DNA from: Escherichia phage vB_EcoM_NBG1
Length of the DNA stretch: 64,000 nt
Reading direction: 5' to 3' (one strand)
Sequence record: MH243438.1
The notes under the pieces were generated by a model. The model did not search any database, was not told where the DNA came from, and worked only from the letters and a program-made list of their open reading frames with translations. The position numbers and the translations under genes were made by a program. Positions 1 through 12,984 of the stretch are shown here, in pieces. How positions within the stretch are numbered: position 1 is the first letter of the stretch; each line of letters starts with the position of its first letter.

Positions 1-2
1 AC

Positions 3-692
3 GTATTTGCCGTAACAAGAATTATAAGAACAAATGTTGGCTCTATTACTTCAATGGATGGTAATGCAACTTATCCATGGTTCACTGATTTCCTTTTAGG
101 AATGGCTGGTGTTTCAGGTGGTATGGGTAGTAATTGTGGTAAATTCTACGGCCCGAACGCTTTTGGCGCAGACCTTGGGTATTATTCTCAATTAGTATCT
201 TATATGGGTATGCTTCAAGATATGATTGCTCCTCTTCCAGATTTTTGGTTTAACTCTGCAAACGAGCAATTAAAAGTAATGGGTAACTTTAGACAGAAAG
301 ATGTCATTATCGTTGAATCATATGTTCGCTCTTATATCGAGACCCATAAGATGGTAGGAAATACAGTAGGGTACGGACAGGTCGGTCCTCGTGATTCATG
401 GTCTATTTCTGAACGTTATGATAATCCAGACCATAATTTGGTCGGACGACGAGTTGGTGAAGATCCTGCAACTAAACAAGGCGCATACAACAACCGCTGG
501 GTTAAAGATTATGCAACTGCATTAGCTAAAGAGCTTAATGGACAAATTCTTGCTAAACATCAAGGTATGATGTTACCGGGTGGCGTCACTGTTGATGGTG
601 TTCGATTAATTGAAGAAGCTCGTTTAGAGAAAGAAGCTTTACGAGAAGAGTTATATTTACTGGACCCTCCTGCAGGTATTTTGGTAGGTTAA
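3..692 (+). CDS. 13: neck protein gp13 (head completion), 5'-truncated at window edge
   Basis: Stop-free frame from window start to stop at 690-692; lies directly upstream of 14-15-16-17 as in T4. Confidence 0.8.
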   Translation, partial: VFAVTRIIRTNVGSITSMDGNATYPWFTDFLLGMAGVSGGMGSNCGKFYGPNAFGADLGYYSQLVSYMGMLQDMIAPLPDFWFNSANEQLKVMGNFRQKDVIIVESYVRSYIETHKMVGNTVGYGQVGPRDSWSISERYDNPDHNLVGRRVGEDPATKQGAYNNRWVKDYATALAKELNGQILAKHQGMMLPGGVTVDGVRLIEEARLEKEALREELYLLDPPAGILVG

Positions 693-693
693 T

Positions 694-1458
694 ATGGCAA
701 CTTATGATAAAAATCTTTTCGCCAAGCTAGAAAATCGTGGTGGGTATTCTCAGACAAATGAGACCGAAATCCTCAATCCATTTGTCAATTTTAATAACTA
801 TGAGAATAGTCAGACATTAGCCGATGTTCTAGTGGCAGAAAGCATACAGATGCGCGGTATTGAATGTTTTTATGTTCCACGTGAATATGTTGCCGTGGAC
901 CTTATCTTTGGTGAGGACCTTAAAAATAAATTTACTAAAGCATGGAAATTTGCTGCATATCTGAACTCTTTTGAAGGTTATGAAGGAGCGAAATCGTTCT
1001 TTAGCAACTTCGGAATGCAAGTTCAAGACGAAGTTACATTATCTATTAACCCGGGTCTTTTCAAACACCAGGTCAACAATCAGGAGCCTAAGGAAGGTGA
1101 TTTAATATACTTCCCAATGGACAACAGTTTGTTTGAGATTAACTGGGTTGAACCATATGACCCATTCTATCAAGTAGGTAAAAATGCGATTCGTAAAATT
1201 ACCGCAGGCAAGTTTATTTACTCTGGCGAAGAAATCAATCCGGTGCTTCAGAAAAATGAAGGTATCAATATACCTGAATTTAGTGACTTGGAACTTAACC
1301 CTGTTAGAAATCTTGACGGTATCCATGACATTAATATCGATGAGTATTCTGAAGTTGAGCAAATCAATTCAGAGGCAAGTGAATACGTTGAGCCGTATGT
1401 AGTAGTTAACAACCGTGGTAGACAAAATTCACCATTTGACGATGGGTTTATGAATTAA
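694..1458 (+). CDS. 14: neck protein gp14
   Basis: 254 aa ORF, ATG at 694 one nt after gp13 stop; size and position match T4 gp14. Confidence 0.85.
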   Translation: MATYDKNLFAKLENRGGYSQTNETEILNPFVNFNNYENSQTLADVLVAESIQMRGIECFYVPREYVAVDLIFGEDLKNKFTKAWKFAAYLNSFEGYEGAKSFFSNFGMQVQDEVTLSINPGLFKHQVNNQEPKEGDLIYFPMDNSLFEINWVEPYDPFYQVGKNAIRKITAGKFIYSGEEINPVLQKNEGINIPEFSDLELNPVRNLDGIHDINIDEYSEVEQINSEASEYVEPYVVVNNRGRQNSPFDDGFMN

Positions 1459-1481
1459 TAAATAGATAAGATAAAGCAAAC

Positions 1482-1499
1482 ACCGGTCGAAAGGCCGGT
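1482..1499 (+). other. GNRA-tetraloop hairpin (ACCGGUC-GAAA-GGCCGGU) immediately 5' of gene 15 RBS
   Basis: Inverted repeat read directly; no U-tract follows, so more likely an RNA stability or processing structure than a terminator. Confidence 0.4.
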
Positions 1500-1510
1500 T
1501 AGGAGAAATG

Positions 1511-2332
1511 ATGTTTGGTTATTTTTACAACTCGTCGTTCAGGCGATATATCACAATGATGGGCGATTTGTTTTCAAATATCCAAGTTAACCGTCAATTG
1601 TCTACAGGCAATAAATTAATTAGAGTTCCTATTACGTATGCATCTAAAGAGCACTTTATGATGAAACTTAATAAATGGACCTCTATAAACTCACAAGAAG
1701 ATGTGGCTAAAGTCGAAACTATTCTACCACGTATAAATCTCCAAATGGTAGATTTCGTTTATAACCCAACGTTTAAAACGAATATATTGAATAACTCTCT
1801 TTTGAGTAAATCGACTAAGGATATTGTAGACCAATACAACCCATCACCAATTAAAATGATTTTTGAACTGAGCATCTTTACTCGTTATGAAGATGATATG
1901 TTCCAAATCGTTGAGCAAATTATTCCATATTTTCAGCCGCATTTTAATACGACTATGATTGAGCAATATGGGCAGGATATTCCATTTGAAAGGGATATTA
2001 AAGTCGTATGGATGGCAGCAGCAATGGATGAACAAATAGACGGTGATAATTTATCCCGTCGACGTTTAGAGTGGTCATTAACATTTGAAGTAAATGGATG
2101 GATGTATCCTCCGGTAGGCGCAGCTGAAGGCCTTATTAAAACGACTTATCTTGATTTTCATGCTAATGAACGAGACCTTCAAACAGCCGCCAGTGTTTTT
2201 GAATCAGTTGATACAGAAATTAAACCGAGAGACGTTGAAGCACAAGATTGGAATGGTGAAGTTGAACAAACTTATACTCATGATATTCCAATCCCGACTC
2301 CACCAACCCCTCCTGGTCCTAGAAAACAATAA
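1511..2332 (+). CDS. 15: tail sheath stabilizer / tail completion protein gp15
   Basis: N-terminus MFGYFYNSSFRRY matches T4 gp15; tandem ATGATG, second ATG chosen (track start 1508); AGGAGA RBS upstream. Confidence 0.85.
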   Translation: MFGYFYNSSFRRYITMMGDLFSNIQVNRQLSTGNKLIRVPITYASKEHFMMKLNKWTSINSQEDVAKVETILPRINLQMVDFVYNPTFKTNILNNSLLSKSTKDIVDQYNPSPIKMIFELSIFTRYEDDMFQIVEQIIPYFQPHFNTTMIEQYGQDIPFERDIKVVWMAAAMDEQIDGDNLSRRRLEWSLTFEVNGWMYPPVGAAEGLIKTTYLDFHANERDLQTAASVFESVDTEIKPRDVEAQDWNGEVEQTYTHDIPIPTPPTPPGPRKQ

Positions 2333-2341
2333 GAGGTAAAT

Positions 2342-4658
<2,317 letters not shown>

Positions 4659-4685
4659 AAATAAAGCAAATTAAGAGGAATTAAA

Positions 4686-6668
4686 ATGGCACTTCTCTCT
4701 CCGGGCGTTGAGCTCAAAGAAACTACCGTACAGAGTACTGTAGTTAATAACTCCACTGGTACTGCTGCCCTGGCTGGAAAATTCCAATGGGGACCTGCAT
4801 TCCAGATTAAACAAATCACTGATGAAGTTGCATTGGTTGATATGTTTGGTACTCCTAATACAGATACAGCAGATTATTTCATGTCTGCTATGAACTTCCT
4901 TCAATATGGTAATGACCTTCGTGTTGTACGCGCAGTTGATCGTGATACTGCTAAGAACTCATCTCCTGTAGCAGGCAATATTGAATTCACAATCTCTGCT
5001 GCTGGTAGTAACTATGCAGTTGGTGATAAAATTATCGTTAAGTATTTGACCGAAACTGTTGAAGCAGATGGTTATGTCACTTCAGTTGATGTCGATGGTA
5101 AAATTCTTAACATTTATATCCCAACCGGTAAAATTATTGCTCGTGCAAAAGAAATTAATGAATATCCGGCATTGGGTTCTAACTGGACCGCCGAAGTTGC
5201 CAGTTCTTCTTCTGGACTCTCTGGCGTTATTACAATTGGTTCTATCGTAACCGATTCAGGTATTCTGTTAACTGAAGTTGAAACTTCTGAAGAAGCTATT
5301 ACTTCTCTAACTTTCCAAGAATCTATTAAAAAATATGGTGTCCCAGGCGTAGTTGCTCTTTATCCTGGTGAACTTGGCGACCAGCTCGAAATTGAAATCG
5401 TATCTAAAGCAGACTATGACAAAGGTGCTTCAGCCCAGTTAAAAATTTATCCTGATGGTGGTACTCGTGCATCTACGGCTAAAGCAATCTTTGGGTATGG
5501 CCCACAAACTGATGACCAATATGCAATTATCGTTCGTCGTAACGATGCTGTAGTTCAGAGCGTAATTCTTTCTACTAAACGCGGTGAACGCGATATTTAT
5601 GGTAGTAATATCTTTATTGATGATTTCTTTGCTAAAGGCGCAAGCAATTATATTTTCGCTACGGCACAAGGTTGGCCAAAAGGTTTCTCTGGCGTAATCA
5701 AACTGGGTGGTGGCTTATCATCTAATGAAACGGTTGACGCTGGTGATTTAATGGAAGCTTGGGATTTGTTTGCTGACCGCGAATCTGTTAATGCGCAGTT
5801 GTTTATTGCCGGTTCTTGTGCAGGTGAATCTTTAGAAGTTGCTTCTACAGTTCAGAAACATGTTGTAGCAATTGGTGATTCTCGCCAAGATTGCTTGGTT
5901 CTTTGCTCACCGCCACGTGCAACTATAGTCGGTATTCCTGTTAATCGTGCAGTTGATAATCTGGTTGATTGGCGTACTGCATCAGGAACTTACACTGATA
6001 ATAACTTTAATGTAAGTTCTACTTATGCTGCTATTGACGGTAACTATAAATATCAATATGACAAATATAATGACGTGAATCGTTGGGTTCCGTTAGCTGC
6101 TGATATTGCAGGTCTTTGTGCTCGCACAGACAATATTTCTCAGCCTTGGATGTCTCCGGCTGGTTATAACCGTGGACAAATTCTTAACGTTATTAAGCTT
6201 GCAATTGAAACTCGTCAACCACAACGTGATCGTTTGTATCAGGAAGCTATTAACCCTGTTACTGGTACCGGTGGCGATGGATATGTTCTGTATGGTGATA
6301 AAACTGCCACTTCCGTTCCTTCACCATTTGACCGTATTAACGTTCGTCGTTTGTTCAATATGGTTAAAACGAACATTGGTTCAGCATCTAAATATCGCCT
6401 GTTTGAATTGAACAACGCATTTACCCGTTCTTCTTTCCGTACAGAGACTTCTCAATATCTACAGGGTATTAAAGCTCTCGGTGGTGTATATAACTTTAAA
6501 GTTGTTTGTGATACTACCAATAACACCCCAGCAGTTATCGACCGTAATGAATTTGTAGCTACTTTCTACTTACAACCTGCCCGCTCGATAAATTATATTA
6601 CGTTGAACTTTGTAGCAACAGCAACTGGTGCCGATTTCGACGAACTGATTGGTGCTGTAGGTGGTTAA
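4686..6668 (+). CDS. 18: tail sheath protein gp18
   Basis: 660 aa; N-terminus MALLSPGVELKETT typical of T4 gp18; AAGAGGAA RBS. Confidence 0.9.
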   Translation: MALLSPGVELKETTVQSTVVNNSTGTAALAGKFQWGPAFQIKQITDEVALVDMFGTPNTDTADYFMSAMNFLQYGNDLRVVRAVDRDTAKNSSPVAGNIEFTISAAGSNYAVGDKIIVKYLTETVEADGYVTSVDVDGKILNIYIPTGKIIARAKEINEYPALGSNWTAEVASSSSGLSGVITIGSIVTDSGILLTEVETSEEAITSLTFQESIKKYGVPGVVALYPGELGDQLEIEIVSKADYDKGASAQLKIYPDGGTRASTAKAIFGYGPQTDDQYAIIVRRNDAVVQSVILSTKRGERDIYGSNIFIDDFFAKGASNYIFATAQGWPKGFSGVIKLGGGLSSNETVDAGDLMEAWDLFADRESVNAQLFIAGSCAGESLEVASTVQKHVVAIGDSRQDCLVLCSPPRATIVGIPVNRAVDNLVDWRTASGTYTDNNFNVSSTYAAIDGNYKYQYDKYNDVNRWVPLAADIAGLCARTDNISQPWMSPAGYNRGQILNVIKLAIETRQPQRDRLYQEAINPVTGTGGDGYVLYGDKTATSVPSPFDRINVRRLFNMVKTNIGSASKYRLFELNNAFTRSSFRTETSQYLQGIKALGGVYNFKVVCDTTNNTPAVIDRNEFVATFYLQPARSINYITLNFVATATGADFDELIGAVGG

Positions 6669-6680
6669 TAAGACGCCTGA

Positions 6681-6700
6681 TGGGCTATTTCGGTAGCCCA
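6681..6700 (+). terminator. stem-loop after gene 18 (UGGGCUA-UUUCGG-UAGCCCA)
   Basis: Perfect 7-bp inverted repeat 13 nt after gp18 stop; abuts the gene 19 late promoter. Confidence 0.45.
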
Positions 6701-6708
6701 TATAAATA
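6701..6708 (+). promoter_or_regulatory. late promoter TATAAATA for gene 19
   Basis: Exact TATAAATA upstream of gene 19. Confidence 0.55.
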
Positions 6709-6780
6709 TACTATATCGTTTAAAAATTAATTCTATGGGCATCCGGTTAATCCTAAGCCCATATTACTACAGAGGCTAAT

Positions 6781-7272
6781 ATGTTTGTAGATGACGTAAC
6801 TCGTGCCTTCGAATCTGGTGATTTCGCTCGCCCTAACCTGTTCGAAGTAGAAATCTCTTATCTTGGGCAAAACTTTAGCTTCCAGTGTCGTGCTACGGCT
6901 CTTCCTGCTGCAATCGTTGAAAAGGTTCCTGTTTCTTATATGAACCGTAAAATTAACGTGGCCGGTGACCGTACATTCGATGATTGGACTATTACAGTAA
7001 TGAACGATGATGCCCATAGCATTCGTCAGAAATTTGTTGATTGGCAAGGTATTGCAGCAGGTCAAGGTAATGAAATTACCGGTGGTAAACCTGCTGAATA
7101 TAAAAAGACTGCTATCGTTCGTCAATTTGCTCGTGATGCTAAAACGGTCACTAAAGAAGTTGAAATTGTCGGCTTGTGGCCTACTAACGTTGGTGAAGTA
7201 TCTCTTGACTGGGACAGTAATAACGAGATTGAAACGTTCGAAGTAACTCTTGCTCTTGATTGGTGGGAATAA
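6781..7272 (+). CDS. 19: tail tube protein gp19
   Basis: 163 aa, same length as T4 gp19; N-terminus MFVDDVTRAFESGDF. Confidence 0.9.
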   Translation: MFVDDVTRAFESGDFARPNLFEVEISYLGQNFSFQCRATALPAAIVEKVPVSYMNRKINVAGDRTFDDWTITVMNDDAHSIRQKFVDWQGIAAGQGNEITGGKPAEYKKTAIVRQFARDAKTVTKEVEIVGLWPTNVGEVSLDWDSNNEIETFEVTLALDWWE

Positions 7273-7279
7273 TCTGGTT

Positions 7280-7293
7280 GGGGAGAAATCCCC
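7280..7293 (+). terminator. GNRA hairpin (GGGGA-GAAA-UCCCC) after gene 19
   Basis: Inverted repeat 8 nt after gp19 stop; may attenuate rather than terminate. Confidence 0.4.
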
Positions 7294-7320
7294 AGCTTCC
7301 CGTGATGACGGAGAAGTCCA

Positions 7321-7328
7321 TATAAATA
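7321..7328 (+). promoter_or_regulatory. late promoter TATAAATA for gene 20
   Basis: Exact TATAAATA 29 nt upstream of gene 20 ATG. Confidence 0.6.
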
Positions 7329-7356
7329 TAACTATAATTCCCATTCGGAGAATACA

Positions 7357-8928
7357 ATGAAATTTAATATCTTAAGTTTGTTTGCTCCATGGGCAAAAAT
7401 GGACGAACGTGATTACAAAGACCAAGAAAAAGAAAATTTAGAATCTATCACCGCACCAAAATTGGACGACGGCGCTAAAGAATACGAAGTATCTGAAAAT
7501 GAAGCACAGCAAACATATAATGCTATGTTTCAGAGAATGTTCGGTAGTCAAGAACCAGGGCTCAAATCAACCCGTGAATTAATCGATACGTATCGAAATT
7601 TGATGACAAACTATGAAGTGGATAATGCAGTCTCTGAAATAGTTTCCGATGCTATCGTATATGAAGATGATACAGAAGTCGTTTCTATAAATTTAGACAA
7701 CACAAAATTTAGTCCAAATATCAAATCAATGATGTTGGATGAATTTAACGAAGTGTTGAATCATTTATCTTTCCAACGTAAAGGTTCAGATCATTTTAGA
7801 CGTTGGTATGTGGATTCTCGAATTTTCTTCCATAAAATTATTGACCCTAAACGCCCTAAAGAAGGTATTAAAGAGCTTCGTCGTTTAGACCCACGTCAAG
7901 TTCAATATGTCCGTGAAGTTATTACAACCACTGAAGCCGGTGTTAAAATAGTCAAGGGTTATAAAGAATATTTCATTTATGACACATCACACGAATCTTA
8001 TGCTTGTGATGGACGCATATATGAAGCTGGCACAAAAATAAAAATCCCTAAAGCTGCGATTGTTTATGCCCATTCTGGTTTAGTTGATTGTTGTGGTAAA
8101 AATATCATCGGTTATTTGCATCGGGCTATTAAGCCAGCGAACCAATTAAAACTTCTTGAAGATGCTGTCGTAATTTATCGTATTACTCGTGCTCCCGATC
8201 GTCGTGTATGGTACGTTGATACAGGTAATATGCCTTCAAGAAAAGCAGCAGAACATATGCAACATGTTATGAATACGATGAAAAACCGTATTGCATATGA
8301 TGCTACTACAGGCAAGATTAAAAACCAGCAGCATATTATGTCGATGACCGAAGATTATTGGTTACAACGACGTGATGGTAAAGCAGTAACAGAAGTTGAC
8401 ACATTACCAGGTGCAGATAATACTGGAAATATGGAAGATGTACGTTGGTTCCGTAATGCGCTTTATATGGCTTTACGTATTCCTATTACCCGTATTCCAA
8501 GTGACCAAGGTGGTATACAGTTTGATGCTGGTACTTCTATTACACGAGATGAATTATCATTTGGTAAATTTATTCGTGAGCTGCAACATAAATTTGAAGA
8601 GATATTCCTAGACCCGCTTAAAACTAATTTAATTCTTAAAGGAATTATTACAGAAGATGAGTGGAATGATGAAATAAATAATATTAAGATAAAATTTCAT
8701 CGGGATAGTTATTTCTCGGAATTAAAGGATGCTGAGATTCTGGAGCGTCGCATTAATATGCTTCAGATGGCCGAACCATTTATTGGTAAATATATTTCTC
8801 ACAGAACAGCTATGAAAGATATTCTTCAGATGTCTGACGAGGAAATTGAACAAGAGGCTAAGCAAATTGAAGAAGAGTCGAAAGAGGCTCGTTTCCAAGA
8901 CCCCGACCAAGAACAAGAGGATTTTTAA
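7357..8928 (+). CDS. 20: portal vertex protein gp20
   Basis: 523 aa; N-terminus [18 protein letters not shown] as in T4 gp20. Confidence 0.9.
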   Translation: MKFNILSLFAPWAKMDERDYKDQEKENLESITAPKLDDGAKEYEVSENEAQQTYNAMFQRMFGSQEPGLKSTRELIDTYRNLMTNYEVDNAVSEIVSDAIVYEDDTEVVSINLDNTKFSPNIKSMMLDEFNEVLNHLSFQRKGSDHFRRWYVDSRIFFHKIIDPKRPKEGIKELRRLDPRQVQYVREVITTTEAGVKIVKGYKEYFIYDTSHESYACDGRIYEAGTKIKIPKAAIVYAHSGLVDCCGKNIIGYLHRAIKPANQLKLLEDAVVIYRITRAPDRRVWYVDTGNMPSRKAAEHMQHVMNTMKNRIAYDATTGKIKNQQHIMSMTEDYWLQRRDGKAVTEVDTLPGADNTGNMEDVRWFRNALYMALRIPITRIPSDQGGIQFDAGTSITRDELSFGKFIRELQHKFEEIFLDPLKTNLILKGIITEDEWNDEINNIKIKFHRDSYFSELKDAEILERRINMLQMAEPFIGKYISHRTAMKDILQMSDEEIEQEAKQIEEESKEARFQDPDQEQEDF

Positions 8929-9164
8929 TGGACGATTTAATTCAAGCTATTAAATCAAACGACCTCGTTGCTACTCGAAAGTTTTTTGAAAGTGCAATGG
9001 CAGAAAAAACGGTTCGTTTGATTGAAGCACGCAAAGCAGAAATCGCTTCTCAATTTTTGATTGAAGGCGAAGAACCTGAAGAAGAAAAGAAAGCTAAAGC
9101 TTCGGAAGACGACGCTGATGAAGGCGATGACGACGAAGACGATGATGATGAGGACGATGAATAA
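8928..9164 (+). CDS. 67: prohead core protein gp67 with poly-acidic C-terminus
   Basis: 78 aa, TAATG overlap with gene 20 stop; C-terminal [18 protein letters not shown] run; position between 20 and 68. Confidence 0.75.
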   Translation: MDDLIQAIKSNDLVATRKFFESAMAEKTVRLIEARKAEIASQFLIEGEEPEEEKKAKASEDDADEGDDDEDDDDEDDE

Positions 9165-9589
9165 TGTATCTTATCCCTGAATCTTATGAATTGGTACTCG
9201 AAAATGTCGAAGCACTTATTCCTGAAGCACAGGGCCGAATCGATGCATTGTCTTCTGCTCTCGATATTGACGATATAAATACTATTATCGAGAACATGCT
9301 TGAAACTGAAACGGATTTAGCTGTTGCAATGGCTTCCATTATTAATGAAGAACAGTTAAATGAGTTTATCGTTAAACATGTTTCTTCTCGTGGTGAAGTC
9401 ACCCGCACTAAAGACCGTAAAACTCGTGAACGTAACGCGTTCCAAACAACTGGTCTTTCTAAAGCAAAACGTAGACAAATCGCTCGTAAGGTCGTTAAAG
9501 CTAAAAAAGCTAACCCTTCAGGCCAAGTTAAAGGCTTGCGTAAGCGTAAAAAGGCTCTTAAACGTCGTAAAGCATTAGGATTAAGCTAA
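9164..9589 (+). CDS. 68: prohead core protein gp68
   Basis: 141 aa (same as T4 gp68); TAATG overlap with gp67; basic C-terminus. Confidence 0.75.
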   Translation: MYLIPESYELVLENVEALIPEAQGRIDALSSALDIDDINTIIENMLETETDLAVAMASIINEEQLNEFIVKHVSSRGEVTRTKDRKTRERNAFQTTGLSKAKRRQIARKVVKAKKANPSGQVKGLRKRKKALKRRKALGLS

Positions 9590-10230
9590 TGAATAAACCC
9601 GAGTTACTTATTGAAACTTGGGGTCAACCCGGTGAGATTATTGATGGCGTTCCAATGTTGGAATCTCATGATGGAAAAGATTCTGGCTTAAAACCAGGGC
9701 TTTATATAGAAGGTATTTTTCTTCAGGCAGAGGTTGTTAACCGAAATAAACGTTTATATCCTAAACGCGTTTTGGAAAAAGCAGTAAGTGACTATATTAA
9801 AGAACAAGTCGCAACCAAACAAGCCCTTGGAGAATTAAACCATCCACCTCGTGCAAATGTTGACCCTATGCAAGCCGCTATCATTATTGAAGATATGTGG
9901 TGGAAAGGAAACGATGTATATGGACGTGCTAGAATTATTGAAGGCGACCATGGTCCCGGCGATAAATTAGCTGCTAATATACGAGCTGGTTGGATTCCAG
10001 GTGTTTCCTCTCGTGGTCTTGGTTCTTTAACCGACACCAATAAAGGGTACCGTATCGTGAACGAAGGATTTAAATTAACCGTCGGCGTAGATGCCGTATG
10101 GGGACCTTCTGCTCCAGATGCTTGGGTTACTCCTAAACAAATATCAGAATCAGAAAATTCGGTGGAAACCACCAAAAACAGTGCTGATGAAGCATTTAAA
10201 GCTCTCGCAGAGAGTTTAAAAGCATTATAA
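9589..10230 (+). CDS. 21: prohead core scaffold and protease gp21
   Basis: 213 aa; N-terminus [20 protein letters not shown] matches T4 gp21; TAATG overlap with gp68. Confidence 0.9.
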   Translation: MNKPELLIETWGQPGEIIDGVPMLESHDGKDSGLKPGLYIEGIFLQAEVVNRNKRLYPKRVLEKAVSDYIKEQVATKQALGELNHPPRANVDPMQAAIIIEDMWWKGNDVYGRARIIEGDHGPGDKLAANIRAGWIPGVSSRGLGSLTDTNKGYRIVNEGFKLTVGVDAVWGPSAPDAWVTPKQISESENSVETTKNSADEAFKALAESLKAL

Positions 10231-10263
10231 ATAATAATGTAATCTAAACCACAGGACACTAAA

Positions 10264-11076
10264 ATGATCAAAGAACAACTTTTGAAAGAAGCTCAGAACA
10301 TCGAGACTTCAGTTGCTCTTAATAGTGTTTTCGAATCAGTAGAACTGTCTCCGGACGTTAAAGCTAATTTCAGCACTGTATTCGAAGCCACCGTTAAGCA
10401 GGAAGCAGTCAAGCTGGCTGAATCTCATATCAAAGCCATCGCCGAAAAAGCCGAAGAAGAAGTTGAAAAGGCTAAAGAAGATGCTGAAGAGAAAGCTGAT
10501 AAAAAATTGGCTGAACAAGCTTCTAAATTCCTAGACCATCTTGCAAAAGAATGGCTCGCAGAAAACCAAATCGCAGTTGATAAAGGCATTAAAGCTGATT
10601 TGTTCGAATCCATGCTTGGTGGTCTGAAAGAACTGTTTGTTGAACATAACGTTGTTGTTCCAGAAGAATCTGTAGATGTTGTAGCAGAAATGGAAGAAGA
10701 GCTGGCCGAACATAAAGAAGAAACCGCTCGTTTGTTCGAAGAAGTTACCAAACGTGATGCATATATCAATTACGTTCAGCGTGAAACCGCTATTAATGAA
10801 AGCGTAAAAGACCTGACTGAATCTCAGAAAGAAAAAGTTATTGGCCTAGTTGAAGGTATGGATTATTCTGACGCATTTGGTACTAAGTTAACTGCTATTG
10901 TAGAAATGGTTAAAGGTTCTACTAAAGAAGAAGCCGCTATTACCGAAAGTATAAATACAGTTGACAATGACGCTGCCGGTCTTAATTTTGTTGCCGAAGC
11001 AGTTGACACTACCACAACTCAGGTAGAACAGAATTCTAATGTAAGTTTATATGCGAAAGTCGCATCTCGTTTCTAA
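10264..11076 (+). CDS. 22: major prohead scaffolding core protein gp22
   Basis: 270 aa, acidic coiled-coil-like; N-terminus MIKEQLLKEAQN. Confidence 0.9.
   Translation: MIKEQLLKEAQNIETSVALNSVFESVELSPDVKANFSTVFEATVKQEAVKLAESHIKAIAEKAEEEVEKAKEDAEEKADKKLAEQASKFLDHLAKEWLAENQIAVDKGIKADLFESMLGGLKELFVEHNVVVPEESVDVVAEMEEELAEHKEETARLFEEVTKRDAYINYVQRETAINESVKDLTESQKEKVIGLVEGMDYSDAFGTKLTAIVEMVKGSTKEEAAITESINTVDNDAAGLNFVAEAVDTTTTQVEQNSNVSLYAKVASRF
10950..10957 (+). promoter_or_regulatory. candidate late promoter TATAAATA inside 3' end of gene 22
   Basis: Exact TATAAATA about 137 nt upstream of gene 23 ATG; the distance is long, so uncertain. Confidence 0.35.
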
Positions 11077-11093
11077 TTTAAAGGTTAACACAA

Positions 11094-12662
11094 ATGACTA
11101 CTATCAAAACTAAAGCTCAGCTCGTAGACAAATGGAAAGAACTGCTGGAAGGTGAAGGCCTGCCGGAAATCGCTAATAGCAAGCAGGCTATTATCGCTAA
11201 AATCTTCGAAAACCAGGAAAAAGATTTCGAAGTATCCCCTGAATATAAAGACGAGAAAATCGCTCAGGCATTTGGTTCTTTCTTGACCGAAGCTGAAATT
11301 GGTGGTGACCATGGTTATAATGCTCAGAACATCGCAGCGGGTCAAACCTCTGGTGCAGTAACCCAAATTGGGCCGGCAGTTATGGGTATGGTTCGTCGTG
11401 CTATTCCTAATCTGATCGCTTTTGATATTTGTGGTGTTCAGCCTATGAACAGCCCGACCGGTCAGGTATTTGCTCTCCGTGCAGTATATGGTAAAGACCC
11501 TATCGCTGCTGGCGCTAAAGAAGCTTTCCATCCGATGTATGCTCCAGATGCGATGTTCTCTGGTCAGGGTGCTGCTAAGAAATTCCCAGCTCTGGCTGCT
11601 GACACTACTACTGTTGTAGGTGATATCTATACTCACTTCTTCCAAGAAACTGGTACTGTATATCTGCAAGCTTCTGCTGTCGTAACACTTGATTCTGGTG
11701 CAACTGATGCAGCTAAATTAGATGCAGAAGTTAAGAAACAAATGGAAGCTGGTGCACTGGTAGAAATCGCTGAAGGTATGGCTACTTCTATCGCTGAACT
11801 CCAGGAAGGTTTCAACGGTTCTACCGATAACCCATGGAATGAAATGGGCTTCCGTATCGATAAACAAGTTATTGAAGCTAAATCTCGCCAGCTGAAAGCT
11901 GCTTACTCTATCGAATTAGCACAAGACCTCCGTGCAGTACACGGTATGGATGCTGATGCTGAACTGAGCGGTATTCTTGCTACTGAAATTATGCTGGAAA
12001 TCAACCGTGAAGTTGTTGATTGGATTAACTACTCGGCACAGGTTGGTAAATCTGGTATGACCCTGACTCCGGGTTCTAAAGCTGGTGTATTTGACTTCCA
12101 GGACCCGATTGATATCCGTGGTGCTCGTTGGGCCGGTGAAAGCTTTAAATCTCTGTTGTTCCAGATTGATAAAGAAGCAGTTGAAATTGCTCGTCAAACC
12201 GGTCGTGGTGAAGGTAACTTCATTATCGCTTCCCGTAACGTAGTTAACGTACTGGCTTCAGTTGATACTGGTATTTCTTACGCTGCACAGGGTCTGGCTT
12301 CTGGTTTTAATACCGACACTACTAAGTCTGTATTTGCCGGTGTACTTGGTGGTAAATACCGCGTATACATCGACCAGTATGCTAAACAGGATTACTTCAC
12401 CGTTGGTTACAAAGGCGCTAACGAAATGGATGCAGGTATTTACTATGCTCCTTACGTTGCACTTACCCCACTGCGTGGTTCTGATCCTAAGAACTTCCAG
12501 CCGGTAATGGGCTTTAAAACTCGTTACGGTATCGGTGTTAACCCGTTTGCTGAAAGTTCCCTGCAGGCTCCAGGTGCTCGCATCCAGTCCGGTATGCCGT
12601 CTATCCTGAACAGCCTTGGTAAGAACGCTTACTTCCGCCGTGTATATGTAAAAGGCATCTAA
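11094..12662 (+). CDS. 23: major capsid protein gp23
   Basis: 522 aa; very high identity to remembered T4 gp23 along its whole length. Confidence 0.95.
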   Translation: MTTIKTKAQLVDKWKELLEGEGLPEIANSKQAIIAKIFENQEKDFEVSPEYKDEKIAQAFGSFLTEAEIGGDHGYNAQNIAAGQTSGAVTQIGPAVMGMVRRAIPNLIAFDICGVQPMNSPTGQVFALRAVYGKDPIAAGAKEAFHPMYAPDAMFSGQGAAKKFPALAADTTTVVGDIYTHFFQETGTVYLQASAVVTLDSGATDAAKLDAEVKKQMEAGALVEIAEGMATSIAELQEGFNGSTDNPWNEMGFRIDKQVIEAKSRQLKAAYSIELAQDLRAVHGMDADAELSGILATEIMLEINREVVDWINYSAQVGKSGMTLTPGSKAGVFDFQDPIDIRGARWAGESFKSLLFQIDKEAVEIARQTGRGEGNFIIASRNVVNVLASVDTGISYAAQGLASGFNTDTTKSVFAGVLGGKYRVYIDQYAKQDYFTVGYKGANEMDAGIYYAPYVALTPLRGSDPKNFQPVMGFKTRYGIGVNPFAESSLQAPGARIQSGMPSILNSLGKNAYFRRVYVKGI

Positions 12663-12686
12663 TCTTAATTGATTAAATCTTATTTT

Positions 12687-12710
12687 GGGAGACTTCGGTC
12701 TCCCATTTTT
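12687..12710 (+). terminator. intrinsic terminator after gene 23 (GGGAGAC-UUCG-GUCUCCC plus U-tract)
   Basis: Perfect 7-bp stem, UUCG tetraloop, followed by AUUUUU. Confidence 0.8.
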
Positions 12711-12714
12711 GGTT

Positions 12715-12984
12715 TTATTTCTGTGCAATTTCGATGTAAGTTTTCAAAATATTTTGCCAATTAGGCATACCTTCTTGGACATATGCTGGAGAACCGTCTT
12801 TGTTTTTGAATGATGCAAGTTTATCAGTGGCCCAATAACCTTTAGCTCGAGCTTCAGAATCAACTTTCATCCATACTTTGTTGAAGGCATTACCATTAAC
12901 TTTTGCACCGTATTTTTCTACTAACTTAACTGCTTCAGCTTCCAGAACTTTTAAAGTATCTCGTAAGAAACGTGCTTTAGTCAT
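12715..12984 (-). CDS. hypothetical early protein (89 aa) between genes 23 and 24
   Basis: ATG at 12984 with GAGGAG RBS; early-type promoter directly upstream; occupies the 23/24 gap where I recall T4 carrying segD. Confidence 0.6.
   Translation of the reverse strand: MTKARFLRDTLKVLEAEAVKLVEKYGAKVNGNAFNKVWMKVDSEARAKGYWATDKLASFKNKDGSPAYVQEGMPNWQNILKTYIEIAQK

Noticed and set aside
11085-11669. 194-aa ORF antisense to the major capsid gene 23 (also 11916-12197 and 12258-12728 on the minus strand)
   Set aside because: Entirely embedded opposite a highly conserved capsid gene; no promoter or RBS; most likely a chance open frame.
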